Source of the DNA: the human T2T-CHM13v2.0 reference genome, Homo sapiens
NCBI RefSeq assembly: GCF_009914755.1
Contig: NC_060932.1
Length of the DNA: 64,000 nucleotides
Reading direction: 5' to 3' (one strand)
In this document: one piece after another, positions 39,631 to 53,280 of the stretch
Position numbering within the stretch: position 1 is the first letter of the stretch
Layout: every line of letters starts with the position of its first letter
The notes under the pieces: model-generated
The model's input: only the letters and a program-made list of their open reading frames with translations
Told to the model about the DNA's origin: nothing
Databases searched by the model: none
Program-made: the position numbers and the translations under genes

Positions 39631-40688
39631 TGAAAAGGGACAGTTCCAGGCAGAGGGAACAATCCCTACAAAGGCTGAAAATGAAGACAGAGATAGTAAG
39701 CCACAGCGGGATAAAAGATGGGGGACACACTGGGATGAGAAAGTGGGGCTCTTAGAGACCCGGCCTGAGTGTTGGACTCAGCCCCTCCTGAGGGCACCAG
39801 AGGCCACAGAGGTGCCTGAGAGAAGAGCTCAACCAGATCTGCACATGAGGAAGACGGCTCAGGCTGCAGTGTGGAAACTGGGTGAGAACAGGAGGGAGGC
39901 CGAGGCAGAGCCTTCAGTCCAGCCAGGTGGGAGGTGAGACCCCTGGATGAGGAGTGCGGCCATCAGAGGGATGTCAGGGACACATACAAAAGCTGCTTAG
40001 GAAGTAGAAGAGACTGACTTTGGTGAAAGTTGGGGAGGAAGAGGCCAGCGTCATGCTCAGATGTCTGGCTTTTGCACTTGGATGGAAGAGGGGTTTCTAA
40101 TCTCTCCCGAGTGGGGCTGCCCTCCAGGCTGGGTCTCCCATGTGGCAGGGATTCTGTCATACGTGATTGGATACAGTCCCCATGACAATGCCGTGTGCTG
40201 CAGTTACTCATCTGAGACCACACAGGCGGCGAGTGAGTGAGGCAGCTGTTGTTTCAACCCACATGTGACCTGCCCACGTCCACTCTGCAACACCCACAGG
40301 GCTAGACATCTCATCAGTTGCAGAATCGTCTTGCCAGCCATTGTCGCACCTGCTGTTCCCAAGCTAGTGAGCCCATGAGCCCTCCCTGCCAACCTCCTCG
40401 TCACTACCAGCTCTAAGGTGGCTCACTGCCCCCTCCTCGCAAAACCCTCTCTGACCCAGTGTGCTGAAAGTTAGTGTGAGCTGCTTGAATGCATGTGCTT
40501 GGTGCCATTTGACAAGTAATCTCACCCTGCCTTGTCCTCTTGTCATAGTGACTGTGTCCCATCTTTCCTAAGAAAATTGCCAGCTTCCTGAGACAGGACC
40601 ACACCCTTTATATCCCTATACCTGCTGTGAAGACTCAGACTCCAAGCTCTCACCTCCTGCTGCTTTTCAAGAGAAAACAAGGACCATG

Positions 40689-41000
40689 GGGCCAGGTGTA
40701 GTGACTCACGCCCGTAATCCAGCACTTTGGGAGGCCGAGGAGGGTGGATCACCTGAGGTCAGGAGTTCGAGGCCAGCCTGGCCAACATGGTGAAATCCCG
40801 TCTCTACTAAAAATACAAAAATTAGCCAGGCATGGTGGTGGGCGCCTGTAATCCCAGCTACTCTGGAGGCTGAGCAGGAGAATCGCCTGAATCCAGGAGG
40901 CAGAGGCTGCCGTGAGCCGAGATTGCGCCATTACACTCCAACATGGGTGACAAGAGTGAAACTCTGTCTCCAAAAAAAAGAAAGAAGAAAGAAAAGAAAA
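40689..41000 (+). mobile_element. AluSq/Sp-like
   Basis: Full dimer; TSD-like AGGACCATG. Confidence 0.9.
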
Positions 41001-41019
41001 GGAGGACCATGAAAAGTGG

Positions 41020-41455
41020 CCTTTATAGTGTCCCTACCCCCTTAAATTCACGTCTACCAGGAACCTCAGAATATGACTTTATTTGGAAATAGTGTCTTTG
41101 CAGACATAATTAGTTAAGATGAGGTTATATTGGGGTAGGGCAGGCCTCAGTGCAATGGCTGGTGTCCTTATAAGAAGGGAAAACAGAGACACAGAGATAT
41201 GAGAGCACATGTGGCAACAGAGACAGAGATTGGAGTGATGCATTCCCAAGCCAAGAAACACCAAGAATTGCCAGCAAGCACCAGCGGCTGGGAAGGGCCA
41301 AGGAAGGGTCCTCCCACTGAGCTTTCAGAGGGAGCGTGGCCCTGTGGATACCTTGATTTCAGACTTCGAGTCTCCAGAACTGTGAGAAAATAAGCTTCTG
41401 TTAAACCACCAAGTTTATGATGCTTTGTTATGGCAGCCCCAGGAAATCGAAACAC
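41020..41455 (+). mobile_element. MLT1B/C-like MaLR LTR
   Basis: gaacctcagaatatgactttatttggaaatag.gtctttgcaga...ctttgttatggcagccccaggaaa. Confidence 0.8.
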
Positions 41456-43243
41456 ACAGACCCACAGTCCAGCAGTAACGTCTTGCACAATAAATATTTG
41501 ATGAATGAATGAGTATATAAGATCAGAAGGTGTTAATAATACATACAAAACAATCAGCCAGCCAAGATTGAGATGTACTGATAACTCCCTCACACTGGCA
41601 CTGTCCTCAGACCTAACCAAACTTGACAGACATTTAATAATTCCATGGCACACACGCAGGGAAAAAAGTAGTCAACAATTCTTCAATTCACAAGAAATAC
41701 AGATGATTTAAGAAGGACTAGATTTTGTGATCCCAGTTTTCAGACCACATGATTGAGTCAGAGAACCTGTTGGAAACAGACCAAAGATGGCACAGAAACG
41801 AAGGGTGGGGTCAGGAAGCAAACGCGTTCCACTACCCCTTCCCAGCGATCTCCCCTTAAGGCCAAGGCCAAGGCTGCAGCAAAGGGAACTGGGAGAGGGT
41901 GCCTAGATCTCTGCTGCTGGGCTGGATGCCCACCCCTTTCTCTCTTCTCTGCCTCCACCACCCCGGGTGCTCCAGGAACTGAGCTGGTCACAGATGCAAG
42001 GGACTGCACCCTCCAATTTCACCTGCCCCTCAGATGCAGGTGCAACCTGCAGGGGGGTCTTCCCAGGAGTCACTCTCGCCAAGGGAGGATGCTGCCCAAA
42101 GACCCTGATGTAGGGCCTCTGGGTGGTAGACATCATCTGGAAGGTGGGCATTGAGTATGGATATTGAGTCTTGGGTTCAAGTTCTGATTCTATTAAATGT
42201 GCAGTTGTAGTGAGGACTGAGTGGATTCAGTGGCATGATGACTAGAGAAGGGCTTCAAAGCCTTGAGTGAGGGGGGCCATCCCGATCACCTCACTCTGCA
42301 TAACGCCTCCTCACTTTGCATAACACCTCCTCAGAACCATTATAGGATGACAACTTCCGGGTATTCCAAGCGCACCTGAAATCACCCTGTGGAGTTTGGC
42401 TGGGTCATCCAAGGAGAGGCAGGGCTCAAGAACATGCTACAGATGGATTTTTTTTTAAACATAACTATGTGGTTATGAAGGTCTTTACTGGAGATTAACT
42501 GGGAAGAAGGTGGGGTGGGCAGTAAAGGTGGGCACCAATTCCCAAGCCTTCATCACATCCTCAGGTGGTACAGGCCTGGCTGACTCAGAAGGGCTGATGA
42601 TTTGGCCAGAGCCTCGAGGGGCCGAGCTGCCAGGGGCTCCGAGGACCAAGTGATCTTTAAATCACTGATGCTGCCTGTAGGTGAAGCAATCTCAGGATTT
42701 GACTTTTTAGTGTGTTTACTGACACTATCCTTTCTTCAGAAACCCAAGCTGGAAATCTTGAGCCTGCTCTGATTCTTCTTTCCTGTCCCCCTTTTGCATC
42801 CCTTTCCAGCTACATGCATCTGTGATTCGAGGCTTCTCATAAAGGAAGGTCCTTCTCATGTCTCCACCTCCTTCCTCACTGCCTCCACCCTCGTCAGGTC
42901 CTTATGGCCTGGCTCTGGCCTTTATAAGAACCTCCCTGTCTCCGTCTCTCTCCAGCCCATGTGTGCCTTGCTGTCTGATCCATCTCTCTGAAACAACAAA
43001 GCAACCAAAGGGACTCAGAGCACGGGAAGGCCCCTCACTGCAACACAGGTGCAGCTTCCCCTGTCAAGGCCCCTGCAGATCACTCACGATCTGACCCCTT
43101 CTGCTGCAAACTTACAGCTCGGTGCTCCTGGTCACCAACTTTCCTCCACCTCTGCACAAACGCTCTCCTCATAGTGTCCCTGAACATTAGCCAAATCCTA
43201 AGAGTCCAGTCCCTCTTAGTCCTGAGACTGCCTTCATGCCCAC

Positions 43244-43604
43244 TGATTTGGTTTGGCTGTGTCCCCACCCAAATCTCATCTTGAACTGTAGCTCCCATAA
43301 TTCCCATGTGTTGTGGGAGGGACTCAGTGGGAGGTAACTGAATCATGGGGGTGGGTCTTTCCCTTGCTGTTCTCGTGATAGTGAATAAGTCTCATGAGGT
43401 CTGATGGTTTTATAAAGGGGAGTTCTGCACACACTCTCTTGCCTGCTGCCATGTAAGATGTGCCTTTGCTCCTCCTTCACCTCCTGCCATGATTGTGAGG
43501 CCTCCTCAGCCATGTGGACTGTGAGTCCATTAAACCTCTTTTTCTTTATAAATTACCCAATCTCAGGTATGTCTTTATTAGCAGTGTGAGAACAGACGAA
43601 TACA
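43244..43604 (+). mobile_element. THE1 solo LTR
   Basis: TGATTTGGTTTGGCTGTGTCCCCACCCAAATCTCATCTTGAA...GAATACA; 5-bp TSD CCCAC. Confidence 0.92.
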
Positions 43605-45189
43605 CCCACCCTTCTGGTCTCTTAGTGTACCATGGGCAGAGCCCCCAAATCTCAGAGCTAGAAGGAGGTGGGGAGATCCTCGTGCACAATGCCCCTGTGG
43701 GAGCACCCGGAGCCTGGTCAGGTGACCTCTGCCCACTCCCTGGGCACTATCCCCCACCTCAAACTGTGGTTCCCAAGGAGGACAGAACCTTCTGTAGGGC
43801 ACTGTCTGTGGCCTGTGCCTTGCACACGCCCAGCAAACAATCAGGATCTGAAGAATGACTAACGTGTAGTAGCAGAAGTGCCATGACATCTGTTGTTCCA
43901 AGAGGTACCCAGGTGAGCTTTTTCACTTCTCAACTTTCTACACCATCTCATTTCTCATCTCTTCTGTCACCAAGGCAGGCCAGGGCATGGAGGTGGCTGG
44001 GACAAGGAGGAGCAGGGTCCTGGGGTCCCTGCTCAGGCTTTGTCCACTCATCTAGCCCACTCCCCTCATGCTCCCCTCAGTGCAGTTGCTCCCACCAGAA
44101 GCATCTTCCCAATGGGACGAAGGGTCTGGGACCAGGCATTCAGGAGAAGCACCGGGGTTTTCCTGGGGATCAGCCAATGAGGGGAAACCCATGCCTTCTC
44201 CCTTCCCTGATCCCAGAACACATGATGGGGTAGGGGACCTGTGTGGGCTGGAATCCAGGAACTGATGTGCCAAGAGCAAATTATGAGGACAGCTGATGAG
44301 CCTGGACTGGAGCCAGCAGTACAGTCAAAACCATCCCCAGAACCATGCTAACCACAGGCCGGCTGACAGGGTAGAGTGGCTCAGCAAACGGCTCCACTTC
44401 CAGTACCCTCAAGTCACCAGGGCCTGGATTCTGAGCCCCTATCACCTTTACAATTGTGAGGTCTCTTTTTTTCATCATTTAAGGCATCTCTCTGTGACCC
44501 TGAGAAGTGGACAAGGCAGGCACTGTCAGCCCCATTTCACAGCCGAGGAGACTCAGGCCCAGAAAGGTGCTGGGACTGCCCTTGCTACGGTCCTCCGAGC
44601 CCCAAAGGGAGGGTGGTGGGCGGGGCTGGGGGCAACTCCACCCACTTCCCAGCAGAGTCCGTGTGGAAGGAGATATGAGAGCTTGGCTCACCATACAACG
44701 TCCCAGGGACCTCAGCCCAGGCCATGCTCCTCAGCCGTCAGTAGAACAGAAAGGCCACTTTACCTGTCACTCCACTCAGAGATGTTCCCCACTTTCAGCA
44801 GGTCCCTACTACCCAGAAACCAGAGTCCCAGCATTAGCCTGGAATCCAAAGCCCCACTCTGTGACATCATCCCTTTATAAATATTTGCTGAACTGGACTC
44901 TCTAATAGATTGTGTTTTTTCTCACGAAATCAGCCCATAGACAAATCTGCTTTGCGAACTTGTTTTCATGAATCCAGAGATGTATTTTTTTTGTCCCAGC
45001 CAGGTCACTGGATGGTTTTGTGACTTCAGCCAATCATCTCCCCTCTCTGGCCTCAGGATCCTCAACTACAAAACAAAAAGAGTGGACTGGATGATTTCAG
45101 ATGTATTGCCACTCCATCCAAATGCTGTGATTCCAGAAAACCTGCATCCTTGCCAAAGAGAGCCATCTGAATGTGACTTTGTTCAGGTT

Positions 45190-45286
45190 TCCCCTTCTGG
45201 GCTCTCCCCTCTCTGGTTACCTTTCCCCTCCTGGGCTGCCTCCCCTCTCTGGTTACCTTTCCCCTCCTGGGCTCCTTCTCCTCTGT
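45190..45286. repeat. Short tandem duplication (about 35-bp unit, about 2.5 copies)
   Basis: tcccctctctggttacctttcccctcctgggct occurs twice, plus partial copies. Confidence 0.85.
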
Positions 45287-45552
45287 GATGATCTAAGTTC
45301 TCTGCTTCTTTCAAACCCACAGGCAGATTTCAACAGACCTGATTAATGCTAAAAATCCAAAACAGAAAATAGAACCCCCACTGCAGATATTCACAAGAGA
45401 AAAACTGGAGACAAAGCTCATCAAAAACTGTATAACAAAGTAAGAGAATAAAAACCATTTGGGTCAAGCTCAGGAATAATGTAAATAAGCTCATATTTGA
45501 AAAAATACACATAGTTGAGTATTTGTGACTTCTCAGCCAGGAAAGAGCAAAG

Positions 45553-45800
45553 CGTGAGAGTGTGGTGAGTGTATGTGTATATGTATGTGCATATATGTGT
45601 ATGTGTATATGTGTTCATATGTATGTATATACGTGTGCATGTGTGTGTACATGCACATTTGTATGTGCGTATGTATACGTATATGTGCAAACATGTGTAC
45701 ACATGGGTATGTGTGTTTATGTCTGTATATGTGCAGGTATGCGTATATATGTGTGTGTGTATATTTGTGTATGTATGTAGGTGTGGATGTGTGTGTGTTT
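45553..45800. repeat. Degenerate (TG)n/(TATG)n microsatellite
   Basis: About 250 bp of alternating purine-pyrimidine. Confidence 0.92.
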
Positions 45801-46099
45801 AAAAACCTTAATAGAGGAACTAGATAAAGCTAGGGCAGAAAGGCCACTGCAGACAGCAGTATGGGAATGCCTGGAAGCTTTTCTAGTGACCTAGCCCTTG
45901 TTCAAAAGCCAGGGTAGAGTTTGGTCCTGTTAAGGCTGCATGGTAAATACGTTCAGATATACCAGCAGGAATCTTTTTAATAATAATTACCAGGCACCTG
46001 GCAACAGAGACAGGGAGGCAGGAAAGACCCTAGATGCAGTGGTGATAATGAGAGCTGGATGCCCAAGCACCGTCGAACTGTGAAGAGCCAGGAGCCCCA

Positions 46100-46465
46100 G
46101 TGCAGTGATCTGAGTGTTTGCATCCCCCCCGATTTCATATGTTGCAACCTAATCACCAAGGCAATGGTATCCGGAGGCAGGGCCTTTGAGAAGTGATGAG
46201 TCAGGAGGGTGAGGCCCTTGTGAATGGGATCAGCATCCTTACAAAGAGGACTCCAAGGAGCTGCCCCATCCCTCCCACCAAGTGAGGACACAGCAAGAAG
46301 TCACCAACTATCAACCAGAAAGCTGGTCCCGAACAGGGCCCAACTCTGCTGGCCCCTGGATTTTGGACTGCCCAGTCCTAGAACTGTGAGCAATAAACCT
46401 CTGCTGCTTATAAATGTCCCAGTCTATGGCATTTTGTTATGGCAGCCTGAACAGATGGATACACC
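46100..46465 (+). mobile_element. MLT1A-like MaLR LTR
   Basis: ttcatatgttg.aacctaatcaccaa...agaactgtgagcaataaa...ttttgttatggcagcctgaa. Confidence 0.78.
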
Positions 46466-47764
46466 CATCAAGAATCCAAAGCTTAAAGACAAGAAAGCAG
46501 GACTAAGATGAAACTTTCAGTTCAACAGAACTGAGTGTAAAACTTAGTTTGAGGACCAAAGAAAGACTACATGGAGGATCCCACCAGAAGAACCATGGCA
46601 AATGAGTGACCCAGGGCAGTTTCAGTTTGAGCCAAGGAGATTGGACTTAGAAATGAAAGAACCCGGATGTGAAGTGTCTGGGGAGGTCTGAGAGGGTACA
46701 TTAGCAGGAGGCATGGTGACGTCTCTAGCTTGGAAGAGGAAGGGCCTGGAAAGTGCCTCAAATACAGGGAACACGCTTTCCTCTCTTCACTGCTTACAGC
46801 TCGGAAGCAAAATGCTTCCATCCCAACAACCAGGGTTTCTGGACCAGGCAGACCCAATTTAGATCTTGGCTTTACGGTCTGCCAGTTGTCTAAGAAACAG
46901 TGGGAAGGCTATTCAGTCTTCTCATCTATAAAGTGGGCAATAAGACCTTTTTGCAGGATGTGAGGATTCGTGGTCTTGAATGTCTATTTGAGAATTCATG
47001 TCTACAAAATGCCTGCCTCATTATAGGTCATAATTCACTGTAATTGTTATTTAATACTATTAGTTAGTTCCTGAACACTAATCCCTGCTAGGGGCAAGGG
47101 AGGTCAAGGAAAAGAGAAGACAGGAAAAGCTAAGATCCCAGGGGCATGTGTTTGGAAGAAGAAATTCTACCTCCTTCCCTCCTTTGATTTCTGGGATGTG
47201 AAGGCCCAAAGTGACCCAGGACCAGGAAACCAAACTGGGTAGGGGAAGCCTCTGATCGTCCAGTGTCAAGATTTAACAGTTGCTTTTACGAATATTGAGT
47301 CTCAGTTATGTGCACTGCACTCTTAATGCTGGGGGACACAGAGACATACAGATCCAGGTGGACTATGGGTAACAGAATGAGAACCAGGCATTGGGCTTAA
47401 AGGTCCTGATCATTGAACTGTACACCTGAAAAGGGGGTATTTCATGGCATGTAAATTACACCTTATTAAACCTGGATCATTACCAGCCATGAGGCCTTGA
47501 GTAAGGCAGGGACTTCCTCCCTGAGCCTCAGTTGTTTTCCTGCCAAAATCCTACCCTGCCCTCTACAACATCTGCCTTAAACCACCTCATAGATTCTCCT
47601 CAGGTCCCATTTTAAAACAAAACAGGGTAACAAAAGGGCTGTGTAAACTGGAAAGGATGCAGAGGGCCCCATCATTATACTTTCACTCTGATAAATGCAG
47701 AAACTCAGAAGAGGGAGACTTCAGGGAGCTAGAAAGGTTGGGGGGGTTCAGTAGGATTTGGGTG

Positions 47765-49507
47765 GGCGAGGAGGAGGAAAAAGAGGAAAAGGAGGAAAAG
47801 GCAGAGGAGGAAGAGGAAAAGGAGGAGAAAAAGAAGGAAGACAAAGAGGAGAAGGAAGAAGAGGAGGAGAAGGAGGAGGAAGAGGAGGGGGAGCAGGAGG
47901 AGGAAGATGAGGAGGAGGAAAAGGAGGAAGATGAGGAGGATAAAGAGGAGCAGGGAAAGGAAGAGGAGAAGGAAGAAAGGGTGGAGGAGAAGGAGGAAGA
48001 GGAGAAAGAGGAGGAGGAGGAGGGGAAGGAAAAGGATAAGGAAGAAAGGGAAGAGGAGAGAGAAGAAGAGGAGAAGGAGGAGGGGAAGAAGGAGAAGGAG
48101 GAGGGGAAGAAAGAGGAGGAGGAGGAAGAGGAGGAGGAAGGGAAGGAGGAGGAGGAAGATGAGAAGGAGGGGAAGGAGGAGGGGAAGGAGGAGGAGGGGA
48201 AGGAGGAGGAGGAGAAGGAGGAGGAGGAGAAGGAGGAGGAGGAAGAGGAGGAGGAGGGGAAGGAAGAGGAGGAAGAGGAGAAAGAGGAGGAAAAGGAGGA
48301 GGAGGAGGAAGAGAAAAGGAGGAGGAGGAAAAGGAGGAGGAGGGGAAGGAGGAGGAGAAGAAAGGGGAGAAAGAGGAGGAAAAGGAGGAGGAGAAGGAGG
48401 AGGAAGAGAAAAGGAGGAGGAGAAGGGGAAGGAGGAGGAAAAGGAGAAGGAGGAACAGGAGGAGGAGAAGGAGGAGGAGGGGAAGGAGAAGAAGGAGGAG
48501 GAGGGGAAGGAGAAGAAGGAGGAGGAGGGGAAGGAGAAGGAGGAGGAGAGAAGGGAGGAGGAGGAGAGAAGGGAGGAGGAGGAGAGAAGGGAGGAGGAGG
48601 AGAGAAGGGAGGAGGAGGAGAGAAGGGAGGAGGAGGAGAGAAGGGAGGAGGAGGAGAAGGCAGAGGAGGAGGAGGAGAAGAAAGAAGAGGAGGAGAAGGA
48701 AGAAGAGGAGGAGAAGGAAGAAAGGGCAGAAGAGAAGGAGGAAGAGGAGAAAGAGGAGGAGGAGGAGGGGAAAGAAGAGGATAAGGAAGAAAGGGAAGAG
48801 GAGAGGGAAGAAGAGGAGGAGGAGGGGAAGAAAGAGGAGGAGGAGGAGGAGAAAAAGAGGAGGAGGAGGGGAAGGAAAAGAAGGAGGAGGAAAAGCAGGA
48901 GGAGAAGGAGGAGGAAGAGAAAAGGAGGAGGAGGGGAAGGAGGAGAAGGAGGAGGAATGGGAGGAGGAGGAGAGAATAGAGGAGGAGGAGGGAATAGAGG
49001 AGGAGGAGAGAAGGGAGGAGGAGGAGAGAAGGGAGGAGGAGGAGAGAAGGGAGGAGGAGGGGAGAAGGGAGGAGGAGGAGAGAAGGGAGGAGGAGGAGAG
49101 AAGGGAGGAGGAGGAGAGAAGGGAGGAGGAGGAGAGAAGGGAGGAGGAGGAGAGAAGGGAGGAGGAGGAGAGAAGGGAGGAGGAGGAGAGAAGGGAGGAG
49201 GAGGAGAGAAGGGAGGAGGAGGAGAGAAGGGAGGAGGAGGAGAGAAGGGAGGAGGAGGAGAGAAGGGAGGAGGAGGAGAGAAGGGTGGAGGAGGAGAAGG
49301 AAGAGGAGGAGGAGGAGAAGGAAGAAAAGGAGGAGAAGGAAGAAGGGGATGGGAAGAGGAAGAAGGGGATGGGAAGAGGAAGAGGGGAAAGAGGAGGAGG
49401 AGGGAATAGAGAAAGAAGAGAAGGAGGAGGAGGAAGAGACGGAGGAGGACGAGGAGGAAGAGAAAGAGGAGAAGGAAGAGAAGAGGTGAAGGAGGAGGAT
49501 GAGGAGG
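47765..49507. repeat. About 1.75-kb GA-rich compound tandem repeat ((GGA)n background with 18-bp GAGAAGGGAGGAGGAGGA arrays)
   Basis: Almost pure purine on the + strand; 18-mer arrays at about 48540-48655 (6 copies) and about 49005-49290 (about 16 copies). Confidence 0.97.
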
Positions 49508-50419
49508 GCCCTGCAGGTGCAGGAGCCTCTGGAGCACAGCTGTCAGTGGGGAAGGTGAGCTGTGCTTCCAGGGCAGTGACGAGATGTGCCCCACTAGACT
49601 GGATGCATCACCCACAGCAAGACCATGTATGGCCCTTGAGTTAAACAATTAAATATCTCGAGAACATCACATGTTTCTGGTTTCGTTTGAAACAGAGGCA
49701 GACCTTGTCAACCTGGGTCCACCTTCCAGCCTGGCAAAAATGGGCTAGACCTGCCATAACCCTTAACACTCCCCTGACATTGCAGTCTCTACTCCTTGAC
49801 ATTGCTCACTGGCCTCTGCAGCAGTTCTCTCTGTGCCCCCTAGCATGAGAGGCAGTGGATGAGAAGGCAGGCAGGACAGGATAGGAAAGCAATGGGAAGC
49901 ACACTAGCTCTGGGATCAGAAAGGCCAGCATGTAAATGCTGGTCCATCACCTCCTGGCCCTGCGGCTGTGGGCAAGCTATGGAAGCTTCCCAAATCTCAG
50001 TGTGCTTGTCAATAAAATAGGGAAAACATCACTCCCTTGGAGAGCCATTGTTTTCAAAAGATGCCCACATGAGATACATCTGGCACAGTAGGTAACACAT
50101 ACTAGATGCTCGCAATGGTATTATTTGTGCTGATGGCAGACTAAGGAATTTCTAACGAATCCAGTGGGCCATGGGGAGCCACAGTGGGCTTTGAGCAGGG
50201 GGATGACGTGGGAGAAGTGCATTTCATGAAAGGTGTTTCTGATGGTGAGTGCAGCAGGAAGGAATTGGGGGAGGGAAGGGGACCAGTTTGTCAGGAGTGA
50301 AGAAAGGGAGTTGGGTCTCTTGGTTCTATCATTTGTGGGCCCACAGCACGAGTACAATGGAGGCCCATACATTTTTGCATTTTTGCCATTATAGTTAAGA
50401 TTACAAATGGACTGGCATT

Positions 50420-51243
<824 letters not shown>

Positions 51244-51769
51244 CAAATGAAACCAGCTGATCGTTCAATGAAATACGTTCTTTTGCCTAAATGAGTAAGT
51301 CTTCCTAAGAGCCTAGAAGGCCAGGTTCAAGTTTGGAATTCTCTAACTCCAGATCTCCACCCTGGGAATGACACTAGAGGAGCCCCTCTCTACTCCCGGC
51401 CTGAGCCAGTTGTTCTGCCCCCAGCCTCAAGCTCTTGGAGGCTCCAGCACACCCACGCAAGCTGACCACCAGGCTCCCATTAGCCACAACTGGAGCAAAC
51501 TCTCACATCTAGAAGAGTGGCCACTGAATCTGCTCTCTACCCGAGGGAGGTTTACCTGGGAAGAGACCTGTGCAAGCCCTGGATGTGGGTACATGCCATT
51601 TGGGCAGAAAATTCCGGAGTCCTGTAGGGCAAGACTTAGAGAGTATGGGGCTGGGAATGGCAAGTGCACTTGGGGATGGGGTGGGGCTGGGGTACTCCTG
51701 GGTCCTTGGGGAGGGGCGTGCAGGAGGAAGACCCCATCAGAAGGGGCCGTGGGTGGAGGCAGCAAGGGC

Positions 51770-52510
51770 CTGGCGGTACCTTTCGCGAGGGAGATGTTCC
51801 GCAGTGCGATGGAGTGCTCCCAGTCCTTGAGGCGCAGGTCCTCGGTGACCGCGTTGAGCATGGCCAGCTCCTGCTTCAGCTGCAGCTCCATGCCTACGTG
51901 CGCCAGGCGCAGGCGGCGCGTGTCCTCGCTGGCGTTGCTCACCAGCACCCGCAGGTCCTGCAGCCGCGTGCGGTGGAGGGCCACGTCGTAGGACAGGCTG
52001 TGGTTGAGGCCGCGCAGCACGCCGCCCACGTCGGCCAGCTCCTCGCCCAGGATGCCCACCCTGCGCGCCAGCCCGTCCAGCAGGCCCGCGTGGCGCCTCA
52101 GCAGCAGCTGGCTACTGTTGCTCTCCACCTGCAGCTGGTAGAGCTCCAGCTGCGCCGTGTCGCTCTGCTGGCCCGTGCGGTCCCGCAGCAGGGCCACCGC
52201 CTGCTCGGTCTGCACCGCCTGCGCCTGCAGCCCCCATAGCGCGCCCTCCAGCCGCTGCACTGCGCCCGCCAGCGCCAGCAACGAGTCTGACTGGTTCTGC
52301 AGCGCGTCCTGCACCTTCCACACCTGCTCCGTCAGGTCCGCTTGCAGCGGAGCCTGCAGCAGCCGCAGCTGCAAGTCCCGGAAGCTCTCATTCAGCCGGT
52401 TCACATTGCGAGTCAGGGCCTTCAGGTCGTCAGGGGAGCTGCGCGGCCTGGACACTGCGGAGGAGGAAGAGGGGAGACTTGAGCACCGCTGGGGAGGAAG
52501 GCTCCGGGTG
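51770..52510. promoter_or_regulatory. Intragenic CpG-island-like region over exon 4
   Basis: Very high GC and dense CpG (cgcg, gcgc, ccgc) compared with CpG-depleted flanks; estimated by eye. Confidence 0.7.
51780..52454 (-). CDS. SCARA5: SCARA5 exon 4 (675 bp), extracellular spacer/alpha-helical coiled coil (VSRPRSSPDDLKAL...RNISLAK)
   Basis: First part of ORF 51427..52455(-); Leu/Gln heptad pattern and several N-glycosylation sequons (NES, NQS, NSS, NHS, NAS, NIS); acceptor ctcctccgcAG at 52456-52455; donor GTaccg at 51779. Confidence 0.97.
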
Positions 52511-52627
52511 ACAAGAGGCGAACCCAGTCAGAGCCTGGCATGCAGTAGGTGCTCAATAAATGATAGACGAATAAAAAGCACAGGTGGTGTGCTGAGCGCT
52601 TTACTAGATCCCAGGTATTGTGCTAAA

Positions 52628-52790
52628 CCAGTGGTCCCCAAACCTGCCTGCACATTAGATCACCTGGCTAGGTGTCTCACCTGCAGAAATTGTGATTGAA
52701 TTGGTATGCGGTGTTACCTGGGCTTTGGAATTTTTAGAAGATCCAGAAGTAATTCTAAGGTGCAGACAAGTTTGTGAGCTGCTGTTCTAG
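52628..52790 (+). mobile_element. MER5-family MITE
   Basis: cagtggtccccaaacctgcctgcacattaga.tcacctgg...aattctaaggtgcag.caagtttg.gag. Confidence 0.65.
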
Positions 52791-52934
52791 TGTAACTATC
52801 ATAGGTTAATTCAGTGGACCCCTAGGAAACTGCCAGTTGCGAATGTTGAAAAGCAGTTGCATATCAGCAGTTTCATGTAGGTCAGCTTAAGATGTTGGGT
52901 GGTGTTATCCTCTCAACTTTAGAGGGTGGGTACC

Positions 52935-53280
52935 TGCTGCAATCTGAATAAGCCCCCCAAAATTCGAATGTGGAAACTTAATCACCAAAGTCATAGTAAG
53001 AGAGGGGGTCTTTAGGAGGTGATTGAGTCACGAGGGCAGAGCCCTCACGTATTAGATTAGCAACTTTTTAAAAGAGGTTTGAGGGAGCTGTTTGCCCTTC
53101 TTGCCACCTGAGGACACATAGAAGGCACCATCCATGAGAAACAGGCCCTCACCAGACATGAATCTGCTGGCACCTTTATCTTGGACTTCCCAGCCTCCAG
53201 AACCATGAGCAATACATTTGTTGTTTATAAATTACCCAGTCTACAGTATTTTGTTATAGCAGCCTGAACAGACTAAGACA
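52935..53280 (+). mobile_element. MLT1A-like MaLR LTR
   Basis: ccccccaaaattc..atgtggaaacttaatcacc...ttttgttatagcagcctgaacagactaagaca. Confidence 0.8.

Noticed and set aside
42295-42335. Small tandem duplication TGCATAAC(G/A)CCTCCTCA, two copies (another at about 17231-17270)
   Set aside because: Ordinary slippage duplications with no further structure.
44296-44905. 194-aa ORF in intron 4 (and similar 130-190 aa ORFs at 15475, 17865 and 41168)
   Set aside because: They overlap MIR/LTR remnants or random GC-rich sequence, with no recognisable domain or splice structure.
45421-45827. Cys/Val/Tyr/Met-rich ORFs
   Set aside because: Translations of the (TG)/(TA) microsatellite.
47657-49648. Long ORFs of 375, 500 and 639 aa (Glu/Lys/Arg/Gly-rich or Pro/Ser/Leu/Phe-rich)
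   Set aside because: They are artefacts of a tract almost free of T on one strand and A on the other, so stop codons are rare. They are open on both strands and show no domain.
51368-52699. + strand ORFs of 207, 191 and 180 aa over exon 4
   Set aside because: Shadow ORFs antisense to a GC-rich coding exon; no independent evidence.
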